From the NCBI GenBank assembly GCA_963810935.1, contig CAWEPK010000001.1, forward strand, positions 32,001 through 96,000: a DNA stretch of 64,000 nucleotides, read 5' to 3'. A program made the translations under genes and the position numbers. Origin of the DNA: an uncultured delta proteobacterium (GTDB lineage: Bacteria > Desulfobacterota > Syntrophorhabdia > Syntrophorhabdales > WCHB1-27). A model generated the notes under the pieces. It searched no databases and was not told the DNA's origin. It saw only the letters and a list, made by a program, of their open reading frames with translations. Below are positions 29,877 through 41,325 of the stretch, one piece after another (position 1 is the stretch's first letter; every line of letters begins with the position of its first letter).

Positions 29877-30668
29877 ATGATAAAACTGATCGTCACCGGG
29901 GCCTGCGGCCGGATGGGCAGCGCGATCCTCAGGCTGGCAGCGGCCGACCGGGACTTCCTGGTAACGCACGTTATCGAGACGGCGATGCACCCGCTCATAG
30001 GCGGCAAGATCGACGTCCCGGACACCCTGGGTGCCTCCTTCCAGGTGGAAGACAGCCTGGCGCGGGTAATTGACGACTGTGACGCGGTAATCGACTTCAC
30101 TAACCCGGAGACGTCCCTTTTTAATTTCCAGCTCTGCGCTGAGAATGGCAGGGCAATCGTCATCGGCACGACGGGTATCCCCGCAGGCAGCCTTTCCGAG
30201 ATGCAGGGCACGAAGGGGGCAAAGGCAGTTATCTCGCCGAACATGAGCATCGGCGTCAACGTGCTTTTCACGCTCGCCGAGAAGGCGGCGGCAGTCCTCG
30301 CGGCAGAATACGACGCCGAGATCCTGGAGATGCACCACAAGTGGAAGAAGGACGCTCCGAGCGGGACGGCCGTGAAGCTGAAGGAGATCGTCAAGGGGGC
30401 CTGTCCGGGCCGCGCCTGGGTCGAGGTTGCCGGCAGGCAGGGCATGGTCGGCGAGCGCGGTAAAGACGAGATCGGCATATTGAGCGTCCGGGCCGGCGAC
30501 ACAATCGGCGAGCACACGGTCCTTTTCGCCGGGACCGGCGAGAGGTTGGAGATTACGCACCGCGCTTACTCAAGGGACAATTTCGCGCGCGGCGCCCTGG
30601 AGGCAGCCCGCTGGCTGGTCCGCCAGAAAAACGGCGTCTACGATATGCGGAACGTGCTGGGCCTCTAA
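29877..30668 (+). CDS. dapB: 4-hydroxy-tetrahydrodipicolinate reductase
   Basis: GACGRMG, IGTTG, EMHHKWKKDAPSGTA. Confidence 0.96.
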   Translation: MIKLIVTGACGRMGSAILRLAAADRDFLVTHVIETAMHPLIGGKIDVPDTLGASFQVEDSLARVIDDCDAVIDFTNPETSLFNFQLCAENGRAIVIGTTGIPAGSLSEMQGTKGAKAVISPNMSIGVNVLFTLAEKAAAVLAAEYDAEILEMHHKWKKDAPSGTAVKLKEIVKGACPGRAWVEVAGRQGMVGERGKDEIGILSVRAGDTIGEHTVLFAGTGERLEITHRAYSRDNFARGALEAARWLVRQKNGVYDMRNVLGL

Positions 30669-30852
30669 AAACCGCGCGAAAGAAACAATTACTCACCTCC
30701 TTTTTTGTTTGCCCCATCTTTTCGCAGCTTGAAGTGATCGGTGCCGGATGATACACTAAAACCGAACTAAGGAAGTTTAAACGGACCTTTCGAAGAAGCG
30801 CCCATGGCCCGGCCGCGCTGGGCGTGACGCAGGCGACATCAAGGAGCAAAGC

Positions 30853-32010
30853 TTGTTCGGCGGATCTCAGCTTATAGAGCCGGTATACATGGTGGTCCTG
30901 ACCGGGGGTCCGTGTTCGGGGAAAAGCTCCTCCCTCGCGTACCTCACGGAAAAACTGACCGACAGCGGCTTCATGGTCTTCGTCATACCGGAGACGGCTA
31001 CCCTTATAACGGGCAACGGCATCGACAGGCGAAAGATGGACAGGCCAAGGCAGGTGCTGGTGTACGAGGAGGCGATCCTCGACATGCAGCTTTCCTTCGA
31101 AGAGACCTACAGGGAGGCCGTCACCAGGATATTCCCTGAGAAAAAGAAGGTCCTGCTCCTCGACCGGGGCGTCATAGACATAAAGGCGTTTATGCCCCAT
31201 GAGGAGTTCTATGCCATATTGAAGCGCAAGGGCCTTAGGGAAGCGCAGCTTCGCGACCGTTACCACGGGGTCGTCCATCTCGTCACGGCGGCAGACGGGG
31301 CCAGGGAGCACTACACCGGCGAGAACAATCAGGCCAGGATCGAGACCCCGGAAGAGGCCATCGTTATAGACCACAGGATACGCGAGAGCTGGCTCGGCCA
31401 TCCCCGGTTCAGGCTCATCGATAACCGGACGGACTTCGAAGGCAAGATGCACCGTACCTTCTCGGCCATCTCGCAGCTTCTGGGGATACCCGCCGTACGC
31501 GACGAGCGGGAGAGGTACGTCATCAAGAGCATAGAATGGGAAGAGCTGCCCACCCATCGCACCATAGAAATAGAGCAGGTTTGTCTGAAGTCGCAAAGCC
31601 GTGATGAAGAGATATGGATCAAAAGAAGGGGCCAGGACGGCTCCTACCTCTATTTCCTCACCAGGACCAGGACCGGGGGCGGGCGCGTCGAGGAGGAGGA
31701 GCTGATAACGGAGCAGCAGTATTCGAACCTCAAAAGGCTGAAAGAGCCCGGCACGGAAGCACTGGTCAAGGACCGGACCTCCTTTTTCTGGAACGGCCGG
31801 CATTTCGATATCGACAGGTACCGGGACAGACACGAAGGGCTCTCGATGGTAGAAGTGGAAGCCGGTGCGTCGCCCGGCCAGGACGTGCCCAAAGCGGCAG
31901 CAGACGCGGACGCAACCTTGCCGCCCTTCATATCCGTGCAGAAAGCCGTTACGAACAACCCGCGCTACGACGAGCGCCGCATGGCGGCCAGGAAGAGCAA
32001 AAAGAAGTAG
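30853..32010 (+). CDS. AAA_28-type P-loop NTPase fused to a CYTH-like domain
   Basis: VLTGGPCSGKS, LDRG, HLVTAADGA; C-terminal ERERYV...K.R...FDID.Y...VEVE. Confidence 0.8.
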   Translation: MFGGSQLIEPVYMVVLTGGPCSGKSSSLAYLTEKLTDSGFMVFVIPETATLITGNGIDRRKMDRPRQVLVYEEAILDMQLSFEETYREAVTRIFPEKKKVLLLDRGVIDIKAFMPHEEFYAILKRKGLREAQLRDRYHGVVHLVTAADGAREHYTGENNQARIETPEEAIVIDHRIRESWLGHPRFRLIDNRTDFEGKMHRTFSAISQLLGIPAVRDERERYVIKSIEWEELPTHRTIEIEQVCLKSQSRDEEIWIKRRGQDGSYLYFLTRTRTGGGRVEEEELITEQQYSNLKRLKEPGTEALVKDRTSFFWNGRHFDIDRYRDRHEGLSMVEVEAGASPGQDVPKAAADADATLPPFISVQKAVTNNPRYDERRMAARKSKKK

Positions 32011-32109
32011 CGGTTTTTTTCCTTCAACCCCCCATTGCCCATCCCCTCCCCAGGCATTAGTTTGTAAATAGACAAGCTGCTCCAAATCAAACTCACGAGG
32101 AGGCTGGGG

Positions 32110-32577
32110 ATGAAGGGGAACGCAAAGGTTATCGAGCAACTGAATATACGTCTGGCCGAGGAGCTAACCGCGATCAACCAGTATTTCGTCCACGCGGAAA
32201 TGTGCGAGAACTGGAAATTCGGTCGCATCTCCGGCATCATCAAGAAGAGGGCGATCACGGAGATGAAACACGCGGAAAAGCTTATTGAGCGCATCCTTTT
32301 TCTTGAGGGCCAGCCGATCGTCAGCAAGCTGAACAAGATCACCATAGGCGGAGCCGTGGCCGATATGCACAAGCTCGACCTGGGCCTGGAGATGGGGGCC
32401 GAACGGGGCTACAACGAGACCATCAAGCTGGCCGGCGAGGTGCAGGACGCGGGCACGCGCGATTTGCTGGAGTCTATCCTGAAAGACGAAGAGGACCACA
32501 TCGACGACCTGGAAGCGCAGCTCGATCAGATAAAGCAGGTCGGCATCGAGAACTATCTGGCCGATCAGATCGCTTAG
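32110..32577 (+). CDS. bfr: Bacterioferritin
   Basis: MKGN..VI, ELTAINQYFVH, EMKHA, DEEDH. Confidence 0.95.
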   Translation: MKGNAKVIEQLNIRLAEELTAINQYFVHAEMCENWKFGRISGIIKKRAITEMKHAEKLIERILFLEGQPIVSKLNKITIGGAVADMHKLDLGLEMGAERGYNETIKLAGEVQDAGTRDLLESILKDEEDHIDDLEAQLDQIKQVGIENYLADQIA

Positions 32578-32920
32578 GCCCGGACGGTCGGGGCAGGCGT
32601 CTTTTCGCTGTTCGCGCGGCCGGTAACGCCGGACAGTGGGGACGTGGTCAACGAGCACCAGATGAGCAGGCCCGGAAGCCCACCACAGGACCGGTCAGGT
32701 TCCCCGGTGGCTTCCGGCCGGCTTAAGGCGTATACCCTATCTTTTCTTATCCCGCTTAAACAAAAACCGGCATACTTCGCTTTTCATTTGACTATCGGAT
32801 TTGTTATAATACGTCCTTAGCCCGAACGTGGGCCATATGTTCGTTCGCCTCACGCCGGGGTCGTATGTTTGGGCGCACCCCTGCCACCCTGCTTTGAGGC
32901 GTGTTCCTCGGGGCGGTTCC

Positions 32921-34969
<2,049 letters not shown>

Positions 34970-35045
34970 AGATAGAGAGGGCGGTCGGAGGAAAAATAAT
35001 CGGTTAATGCGGCTCGCCTTTTCGGGCGAGGACGGCGGTCGGCTA

Positions 35046-35092
35046 AAAAGATGGGCGGGCAGCCCCAAAAAAGGCGCCCGCCCATCTTTATT
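35046..35092. terminator. Bidirectional intrinsic terminator between convergent kinase and atpE
   Basis: AAAAGATGGGCGGGC...GCCCGCCCATCTTT. Confidence 0.8.
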
Positions 35093-35094
35093 TG

Positions 35095-35421
35095 CTATAG
35101 CTTGAAGAACAGAAGCAACGAGATAACGAGTGAATATATTACCAGCGATTCGATCATGGCAAGACCGATAATCATCGGGGTGATGATCTTCCCCGAAGCC
35201 CCGGGATTCCTGCCGATGCCGTCCAATGCCGACGCTACGGCGCGGCCCTGGCCGATGCCTCCGCCGGCAGCCGCAATGCCCAAGCCTATGCCTGCAGCGA
35301 TGGCGATCATCGCTTTAACCTGCGGATCGAGTCCCGCAGTCGGCTCCGCCGCCATGGCGATGCCGCAGGAAAAACTCAGGATAACTCCAGTAAGCATAAG
35401 AACCACTAACGTTTTCTTCAT
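35095..35421 (-). CDS. atpE: ATP synthase Fo subunit c
   Basis: GIGQG..RNP..IESLVIY, with N-terminal signal-like extension. Confidence 0.95.
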   Translation of the reverse strand: MKKTLVVLMLTGVILSFSCGIAMAAEPTAGLDPQVKAMIAIAAGIGLGIAAAGGGIGQGRAVASALDGIGRNPGASGKIITPMIIGLAMIESLVIYSLVISLLLFFKL

Positions 35422-35450
35422 AATGTGTTCACCCCCTTCCAATCGTTACA

Positions 35451-36149
35451 TTAAAGTTCTTCGTGGGCAATAGCCCCCGCAAAATAGGCCATAGACAGAA
35501 GCATAAAGACAAACGCCTGCACAAGTGCGACGAACGTGCCGAGGACCATGCCGAGCAGCGGCACGAAAAGGGGGACGAGCATAAAAAATATGCTCGTCAC
35601 GAGGTGGTCCCCCATGATGTTGCCGAAAAGCCTCAAACCCAGGGAAAGAGGCCTCGCGAGATTGCCGATTATCTCGATTGGGATCATCAGCGGGGCGAGC
35701 CACCAGATAGGTCCCATGAAGTGCTTCACGTACTTTACCCCGTGTTCCCGTATGCCGTAGTAATGGGTCAGGACGAAGACGGTGAGCGAGCAGGCGAACG
35801 TCGTGTTTACGTTGTCGGTAGCGGGCGAAAAGCCGGGCACAAGGCCGGAGAGGTTATTGAAGAGTATGAAGAGGCCGAGGGTGCCGATAATCAGCATAAA
35901 CTCCTTGCCTCTCGGTCCCATCGTGTCCTCGACCAGGCCGGAGATCGCCTCTATTATCAGCTCCGCCACATTCTTGAACGTCAGTTTATCGTCCGGCACT
36001 ATCGAGTCCTTGCGCTTCACCAACTGGGAATAACCCAGGAAGACGATGACCAGCAGGAAAACGGAGACTATGATGCCGTTGGAGACGTGTGTGGGCAGCG
36101 ACCGGAGGCCCGGTATCAGCGACGCCCAGGTAAATTGTTCATGCTCCAT
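35451..36149 (-). CDS. atpB: ATP synthase Fo subunit a
   Basis: RPLSLGLRLFGN, QAFVF.LL. Confidence 0.96.
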   Translation of the reverse strand: MEHEQFTWASLIPGLRSLPTHVSNGIIVSVFLLVIVFLGYSQLVKRKDSIVPDDKLTFKNVAELIIEAISGLVEDTMGPRGKEFMLIIGTLGLFILFNNLSGLVPGFSPATDNVNTTFACSLTVFVLTHYYGIREHGVKYVKHFMGPIWWLAPLMIPIEIIGNLARPLSLGLRLFGNIMGDHLVTSIFFMLVPLFVPLLGMVLGTFVALVQAFVFMLLSMAYFAGAIAHEEL

Positions 36150-36528
36150 TCTGTTTCCTCCTACCCTCCGGCATGAATGCTGTTATTATCTGGCTGGCGA
36201 GAATTGAGATAACGACCGTGGAAAGCCCGATGAGGAAGAAGAGAAGATTGACGTTGCCCCAGATCACGATGACGGCAACCAGCCCCCCGATCCCGAAAAA
36301 CTTGACGGGCAGCTTGATAAGAAGCTCTTTCTTGTTGATCTTCGATCCGGCGAAAAAGGCTTCCATGATTTTTCTCAGGAAGCGGAAATTGAGCGTCATT
36401 ACTGCGCTTGCAACCCCGAAGCTGAAGACGTAGACGAAATTGCGCATGACGACCATGGAGGCGATCGAGCCCAGGACGAGGATGATCACATTCAGCCGTT
36501 CTATGTCAGTTGTGGTCGTCTCCCTCAT
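36139..36528 (-). CDS. atpI: ATP synthase protein I
   Basis: Four hydrophobic segments; directly upstream of atpB. Confidence 0.8.
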   Translation of the reverse strand: MRETTTTDIERLNVIILVLGSIASMVVMRNFVYVFSFGVASAVMTLNFRFLRKIMEAFFAGSKINKKELLIKLPVKFFGIGGLVAVIVIWGNVNLLFFLIGLSTVVISILASQIITAFMPEGRRKQNGA

Positions 36529-36748
36529 CTTCCTTTTCCATCTTCTTCCAGAGCGTATAAAGGCGCTTCATTCCCGCAGCAATTCCGAAGCCCATAAATA
36601 TGAGGGTCAGGATCGGCGATGTTCCGAAGAACCGGTCAAGGAAATAGCCTATGGCTAATCCGATGGCCAGCGAGACCCCCATCTCTATGCCCAAGGTGCC
36701 GTAGTTCAGAAGGGAAGAAAGTATCTCCCTCTTGTCGTTCCCCGTCAT
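36506..36748 (-). CDS. atpZ: AtpZ/AtpI family (ATPase_gene1) protein
   Basis: IGYFLDRFFGTSP...GIAAG; first gene of the Fo operon. Confidence 0.8.
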   Translation of the reverse strand: MTGNDKREILSSLLNYGTLGIEMGVSLAIGLAIGYFLDRFFGTSPILTLIFMGFGIAAGMKRLYTLWKKMEKEDEGDDHN

Positions 36749-36796
36749 GGCTGGCCTTTCTTCTTCTATCATGCGGGCGCGTAATAGTCAATTGGT

Positions 36797-36814
36797 TTGT
36801 GAATTTTTTCTCCC
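36797..36814. promoter_or_regulatory. Candidate Rex operator beside the atp promoter
   Basis: TTGTGAA-TTTT-TTCTCCC vs Rex consensus TTGTGAA-N4-TTCACAA; next to a minus-strand TTGACT. Confidence 0.4.
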
Positions 36815-36863
36815 AATATGCGAAATAAAGGCCATATTTCGAAGACTTGGGCGGAAATGAACG

Positions 36864-36928
36864 AAAAAGGGCCGGGTAGATTTTCGCTCCGTGTGCGACA
36901 AAGCTACGAGCGAAAATCTACCCGGCCC
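36864..36928 (-). terminator. Long hairpin terminator after the ArsA-like genes (short relative of family B)
   Basis: 21-bp perfect arms GGGCCGGGTAGATTTTCGCTC / GAGCGAAAATCTACCCGGCCC, followed by a U-tract on the minus strand. Confidence 0.8.
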
Positions 36929-36936
36929 ATCACCTT

Positions 36937-37935
36937 CTATGCGAAGACGTACTTGCTGGTCCGCTCCAGCATGGCCGCCCCTTTGACTTCCGTCTCGAAG
37001 AGCGGCGCTATCGCCCTCACCTTATCGCCGAAGATGTTCCATATCTCTGCCATGTGCTCTTCCTGCATGGCGATCCTGTTCCGGACGAACTCAACCGTGT
37101 CCGCGTGCGTCTGGTCCTTCTGGATGAGGCCGTTGACGATAACGCCCCCTACCGGTATGCCGAACTCGTAGAACCAGTTTATGAAGCGCGTGATAACGGC
37201 GATGGGCAGGCTTTCCGGCAGGGTCACAAAGAAGAAGGCGGTCAGGGCCTTGTCCGTCAGGACGGTCTGCGCATTAGCCATTCTCTCTTTGAAGCTTAGC
37301 AGGTAGTCCATCAGCGGGTCCTTCTGCACCTTTTTCGTGAAAGACAGGACCTCGCGAAGCGACTTGGCCTCCTCCCTGCTCTTGAGCATCTTCTCCACCC
37401 AGAGGCCGTAAACCTTCGACATGCCGAGGAGGCGTCGGGCGTTTGCCGTAGGCGCAGTGTCGAATACATAGAAGTCGTACTCGTCCTTGAAGATCAGGTC
37501 CATCATGTTCTCGAACATCGCCGATTCCTCGAACGCGGGGTTCATGGTGGCCGACTCGATGAAGTCCTCGGCCTTCGTCGTGATGTCCGCGAATTTGAGG
37601 AACCAGTTTATCTTCTCGCGTATCTCCTGCTTGGAACGCTCGATAGTGTCGCGCGTGTCGATCTCGAACGCGTGGCAGCGTTCCTCGTTGCAGACGACCA
37701 CGGGCTTGCCGAAAACGTCCTGTCCGAAAAGGTTCGAAAGACTGTGCACCGGGTTCGTGGAAGCAAGGAGTGTCCTTTTGCCTTTTTTCGCCGACCAGAG
37801 CGCAGCCGCGCCGGCCATTACCGTCTTGCCCACGCCGCCCTTACCGCCGAAGAAGATGTACTTCAGCTTCGGATTGTCCTCCATAAATTTCTTCATGCTC
37901 AACGTTATGCTGTTATGCACGCTTATTGTATCCAC
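36937..37935 (-). CDS. ArsA/GET3 family ATPase (copy 2)
   Basis: GGKGGVGKT, STNPVHSL, FDTAPTAN. Confidence 0.9.
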   Translation of the reverse strand: MDTISVHNSITLSMKKFMEDNPKLKYIFFGGKGGVGKTVMAGAAALWSAKKGKRTLLASTNPVHSLSNLFGQDVFGKPVVVCNEERCHAFEIDTRDTIERSKQEIREKINWFLKFADITTKAEDFIESATMNPAFEESAMFENMMDLIFKDEYDFYVFDTAPTANARRLLGMSKVYGLWVEKMLKSREEAKSLREVLSFTKKVQKDPLMDYLLSFKERMANAQTVLTDKALTAFFFVTLPESLPIAVITRFINWFYEFGIPVGGVIVNGLIQKDQTHADTVEFVRNRIAMQEEHMAEIWNIFGDKVRAIAPLFETEVKGAAMLERTSKYVFA

Positions 37936-37950
37936 GTCTTCCTCCTTGCG

Positions 37951-38925
37951 CTACCCCTCGAACATGGCTTTGGCGAGCTTCTCGATCATGGCGAGGCCGG
38001 TCACGTCCCTTTCCATCTCCGGTACCTGCGCCAGTATATCGCCCTTGAACGTTTCGTTGATAACGCCCAGGTAGTGGTCCTGCATCGTAAGCCGGTTCTT
38101 CAGGTATTCCGGGATATCCTGTGTCTTGAGATCGTTGGAGAGCACACGGTTGACGATGTAGCCGCTCAGAGGGACATCGAACTTCGCGAAAAGCTCCGCT
38201 GCTTTCACCGTGTCGTTTATCACCATCTGCTCCGCAGTGATTACGAAGAAGAATGCGGTCTTTTCCTTGTCCGTAAGGATGCTGGAAGACTTATTGATGC
38301 GTTCTTTGATGTAGAGCAGCTCGTTCAGGATGGCGTCTTCGTCCATCTCCTTCTCGTGCTTCATGACCGCCGCAACCTGGTCATACTCGCGCATCTGCTC
38401 GCGTAGGTTGGTAATCTTGCCTATCCAGGCGTCGTACACGGACGCCATCGAGAGGTAGTACAGGGCGTGTCCGAGGGGCACGAGATCGTAGATGTAGTAA
38501 TCGTAATTGCCTTTGACGACGATGTCGACCACCTCGTCGAAGATGGCGCTCTCCTCCATGGCCGGCTCCGCAGCCGCAGCCTGGATGTAGCTCTCTATCT
38601 CCTCCGGGATCTTCTCCATGCCGTACATGTCGATGATCTTCTTGCGGATTTCCGCCTGGTACTCCTTGATGCGCCGGTCCGCGTCGATCTCCTGAGCATA
38701 GAGGTTGGGTATTATCTCCGTAGGACCCTTGCCGAAGATATCCTTCTGGAAGATATCGCTCAGAGAAGCCTGGGGATCGACGGAGAAGACGAGCACCTTC
38801 TTTCCATGTGTCGCCAGGTAATATGCGGCTGCGGCTGAAAAGGTCGTTTTGCCCAGCCCGCCTTTCCCGCCGAACATGATGTACCGTCTGTCGGGATATT
38901 GTTCAAATATTTTCGCGAGAGAAAT
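37951..38925 (-). CDS. ArsA/GET3 family ATPase (copy 1), apparent ATT start
   Basis: GGKGGLGKTT, SVDPQASL, YDLVPLGH; AAGGAGGT-5 nt-ATT in frame 16 codons upstream of ATG 38877. Confidence 0.88.
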   Translation of the reverse strand: MSLAKIFEQYPDRRYIMFGGKGGLGKTTFSAAAAYYLATHGKKVLVFSVDPQASLSDIFQKDIFGKGPTEIIPNLYAQEIDADRRIKEYQAEIRKKIIDMYGMEKIPEEIESYIQAAAAEPAMEESAIFDEVVDIVVKGNYDYYIYDLVPLGHALYYLSMASVYDAWIGKITNLREQMREYDQVAAVMKHEKEMDEDAILNELLYIKERINKSSSILTDKEKTAFFFVITAEQMVINDTVKAAELFAKFDVPLSGYIVNRVLSNDLKTQDIPEYLKNRLTMQDHYLGVINETFKGDILAQVPEMERDVTGLAMIEKLAKAMFEG

Positions 38926-39085
38926 GGCGCACCTCCTTGCTTATTTCTTTCCGCGGCCCGCCTGCTAAGCCACTTACCGGCTCCTATCCCGGCCCACGCC
39001 TCTTGCTACGCGGGACGTAAGGAATTTTCGGAGCCCTTTGTCGAACAGAAGCAACTTAAGTTTGCGGGCCGTATAGTTCCTTACG

Positions 39086-39352
39086 CTATGCCAAACCGTC
39101 CGTCAGGTCTTTCTCTCTGAGCATACGCCTCTTCCACGTCGCTATCTGGGGGACGACGTACGGCAGCAGCCTCAGGGAGTAATACGGCGGTAGTATGGGG
39201 ACGCCCAGCATATCACCCATCGTTATGAGTATGAAAAGGTGCTCCATGCTCGCCCTTGTCTTAAGCGCGAAGCGTGCGGAATCGTGAGCGGCCACGCCAT
39301 ATACGAAGTCCTTTACTGCTCCGAACAGGCCGCCTTTTTTACCTTCCCCCAT
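39086..39352 (-). CDS. Small CstA-associated protein (cory-CC-star-like, no terminal CC)
   Basis: EHLFILITMGDMLGVPILPPYYSLRLLPY...WKRRM; lies between cstA and the ArsA-like genes; AGGAGG SD. Confidence 0.75.
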   Translation of the reverse strand: MGEGKKGGLFGAVKDFVYGVAAHDSARFALKTRASMEHLFILITMGDMLGVPILPPYYSLRLLPYVVPQIATWKRRMLREKDLTDGLA

Positions 39353-39414
39353 GGTTGATGCCTCCTTGTGTCATCCTTAACATAATGAAACAATGCGGGG
39401 CGCCCGAACAGCTT

Positions 39415-41106
39415 TTACGCCTCCGCTGCCTTTCCGCGTCCGGCCTTTCTCGCTCTCCGGTACCTGTTGAATGCCTTTGTACCTTCGACGCCCAGGGCGA
39501 CAGCGGCGATAACCAGGAAAAAGCCCACCAGGCCCATAAGCGTGTTGCCGACGAGCGCCTCGCCCTTGACCGCGCCCATCGCCACCTTGGAGAGCAGGCT
39601 ATATGACGTGTAGCATAGGGCTGCTATAGTCGTTATGAACATGAATATCATCGGATAGAAAGCCCAGGCATAGGACCTGCCTTCCGACATGAGCCATGCA
39701 GTGACAAGCATGAGCGCAAGCGACGCCATGAGCTGGTTCGCCCCGCCGAAGAGTATCCACAGATACTGCCACCACCCCGTCATGACGAGAACGAGCGTGA
39801 GGACGCCCGCTATGAATGTCCCTATGTGGGGGTTCCTGAAAGCGGGGCTTATGTCCGAAAGAAGCTCGGCAGTTGCCACCCTCATAAACCGGATAACGAG
39901 CTGCATGATGGTAATGGCGAGAACGACCATCATGACGCTGCCGTATGATTTGCCGAGCGCTATAGGCATACCGAGTGCGCCCAGGAACTTCGCGACGCCT
40001 GTTGCGAAGATTGCGCCCGGCCCGAGGGCCGCCGCCGCCCCGTACTCGGAGGGGGATGCGTAAATGGTGCCGGCTATGATAAGAGCGAAAAGGGCGAGCA
40101 TCATCTCGACGAACATAACGCCGGCGCCCACGGGCCGCGCATCCATCTCGCTCTCGAGCTGGCGCGCAGTTCCGGAGCTCGAAACTATGCTGTGCCAGCC
40201 GGAGATAGCCCCGCACGCTATGGTGACGAACATGATGGGCCAGACGGGACCGATCTTGATCGAGAAGGAAGTCGTCGCCGGCAGCGTGAACGAGGGGTGC
40301 AGGATGAAGATGCCGATTATCCCGAAAAAGAGTCCCAGGAAAACTATATATGAAGCCACGTAGTTAATCGGCAGGGCAAACCGCCATATCGGCAGGACGG
40401 CCGCGAAATAGCAGAAGACAACGGCGGCCAGGGCCCAGAGGAACCTGCTGTTCGCCAGCCCGGCGCCCAGGACCTTATCGGAAGGCGCAACGGTGCCGAG
40501 CCATATGCCGACAAGGGCGATAATTACGCAGACAACGGTCGTGAGGATGATGTCTTTCTTCCATCTGTATATCATCTGTCCGGCCACGACGCCGCCTATG
40601 GTCAGGAATAGCCACGCCATAGGTGCTGCCTTCAGCGCGATGGCCGTGCTGACGACTACGTTGCCGAAGGCGCCAGCAATAAGGAGCAGGTAAAAATAAA
40701 CGAACGAAAGCAGGATGATGCGGGCTCTTGGGGAGATGAGACGGTGGCTCAGGCCGCCGAATGAAGCACCCTCGTTCCTGACGGCGATCATGGCGCTGGA
40801 ATAATCCTGGACCCAGCCGATAAAGAACGTGCCGGCGAGTATCCAGATCAAAGCGGGCAGCCAGCCCCACTGGATAGCTATGATCGGGCCGATGATGGGT
40901 GCGGCGCCTGCGATGGACTTGAACTGGTAGCCGAAGAGCACGTTCTTGCTCGTCGGCATGAACTCCACCCCGTCCATAAACATTTTGGCGGGCGTGGCCC
41001 TCCTAGGGTCAGCCTTCAAGACGTTTTTTTCTATGTGGCGCGAGTAAAATCGATAACCGATGAAAAAGACTATGAAACCAAGGACCAGAACGAGAACCGC
41101 ATTCAT
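39415..41106 (-). CDS. cstA: Carbon starvation CstA family transporter
   Basis: TPA..DGVEF, SIAGAAPIIGP, IACGAISGWHS, FGGANQL; many TM segments. Confidence 0.92.
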   Translation of the reverse strand: MNAVLVLVLGFIVFFIGYRFYSRHIEKNVLKADPRRATPAKMFMDGVEFMPTSKNVLFGYQFKSIAGAAPIIGPIIAIQWGWLPALIWILAGTFFIGWVQDYSSAMIAVRNEGASFGGLSHRLISPRARIILLSFVYFYLLLIAGAFGNVVVSTAIALKAAPMAWLFLTIGGVVAGQMIYRWKKDIILTTVVCVIIALVGIWLGTVAPSDKVLGAGLANSRFLWALAAVVFCYFAAVLPIWRFALPINYVASYIVFLGLFFGIIGIFILHPSFTLPATTSFSIKIGPVWPIMFVTIACGAISGWHSIVSSSGTARQLESEMDARPVGAGVMFVEMMLALFALIIAGTIYASPSEYGAAAALGPGAIFATGVAKFLGALGMPIALGKSYGSVMMVVLAITIMQLVIRFMRVATAELLSDISPAFRNPHIGTFIAGVLTLVLVMTGWWQYLWILFGGANQLMASLALMLVTAWLMSEGRSYAWAFYPMIFMFITTIAALCYTSYSLLSKVAMGAVKGEALVGNTLMGLVGFFLVIAAVALGVEGTKAFNRYRRARKAGRGKAAEA

Positions 41107-41325
41107 TTTTGCCCTCCCTTTCACGCCGTGCTGGCCGGGCGCAAAAAACGCCTGTTCTGCTGCCGACTTCCGTCGATACGTTTATCCGCCGGTTGACATT
41201 GAAAACATTATATCATTATATGAACGGAGCGGTAACGTCAAGAAAAAATTGGTAAGGCCGGAAGCCGGCCCGGCACCCGCATATTATTCTTTGAAATCGC
41301 ACGATAATCTGTTATTCATTTAAAG

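Noticed and set aside
30553..32139. 528-aa minus-strand ORF
   Set aside because: Antisense to the AAA/CYTH gene; no motifs
36937..38925. Arsenic resistance operon
   Set aside because: No adjacent arsR/B/C/D; single-domain ATPases linked to cstA
39086..39352. Selenoprotein (KCU-star type) readthrough
   Set aside because: Stop is TAG, and the protein has no Cys or in-frame TGA
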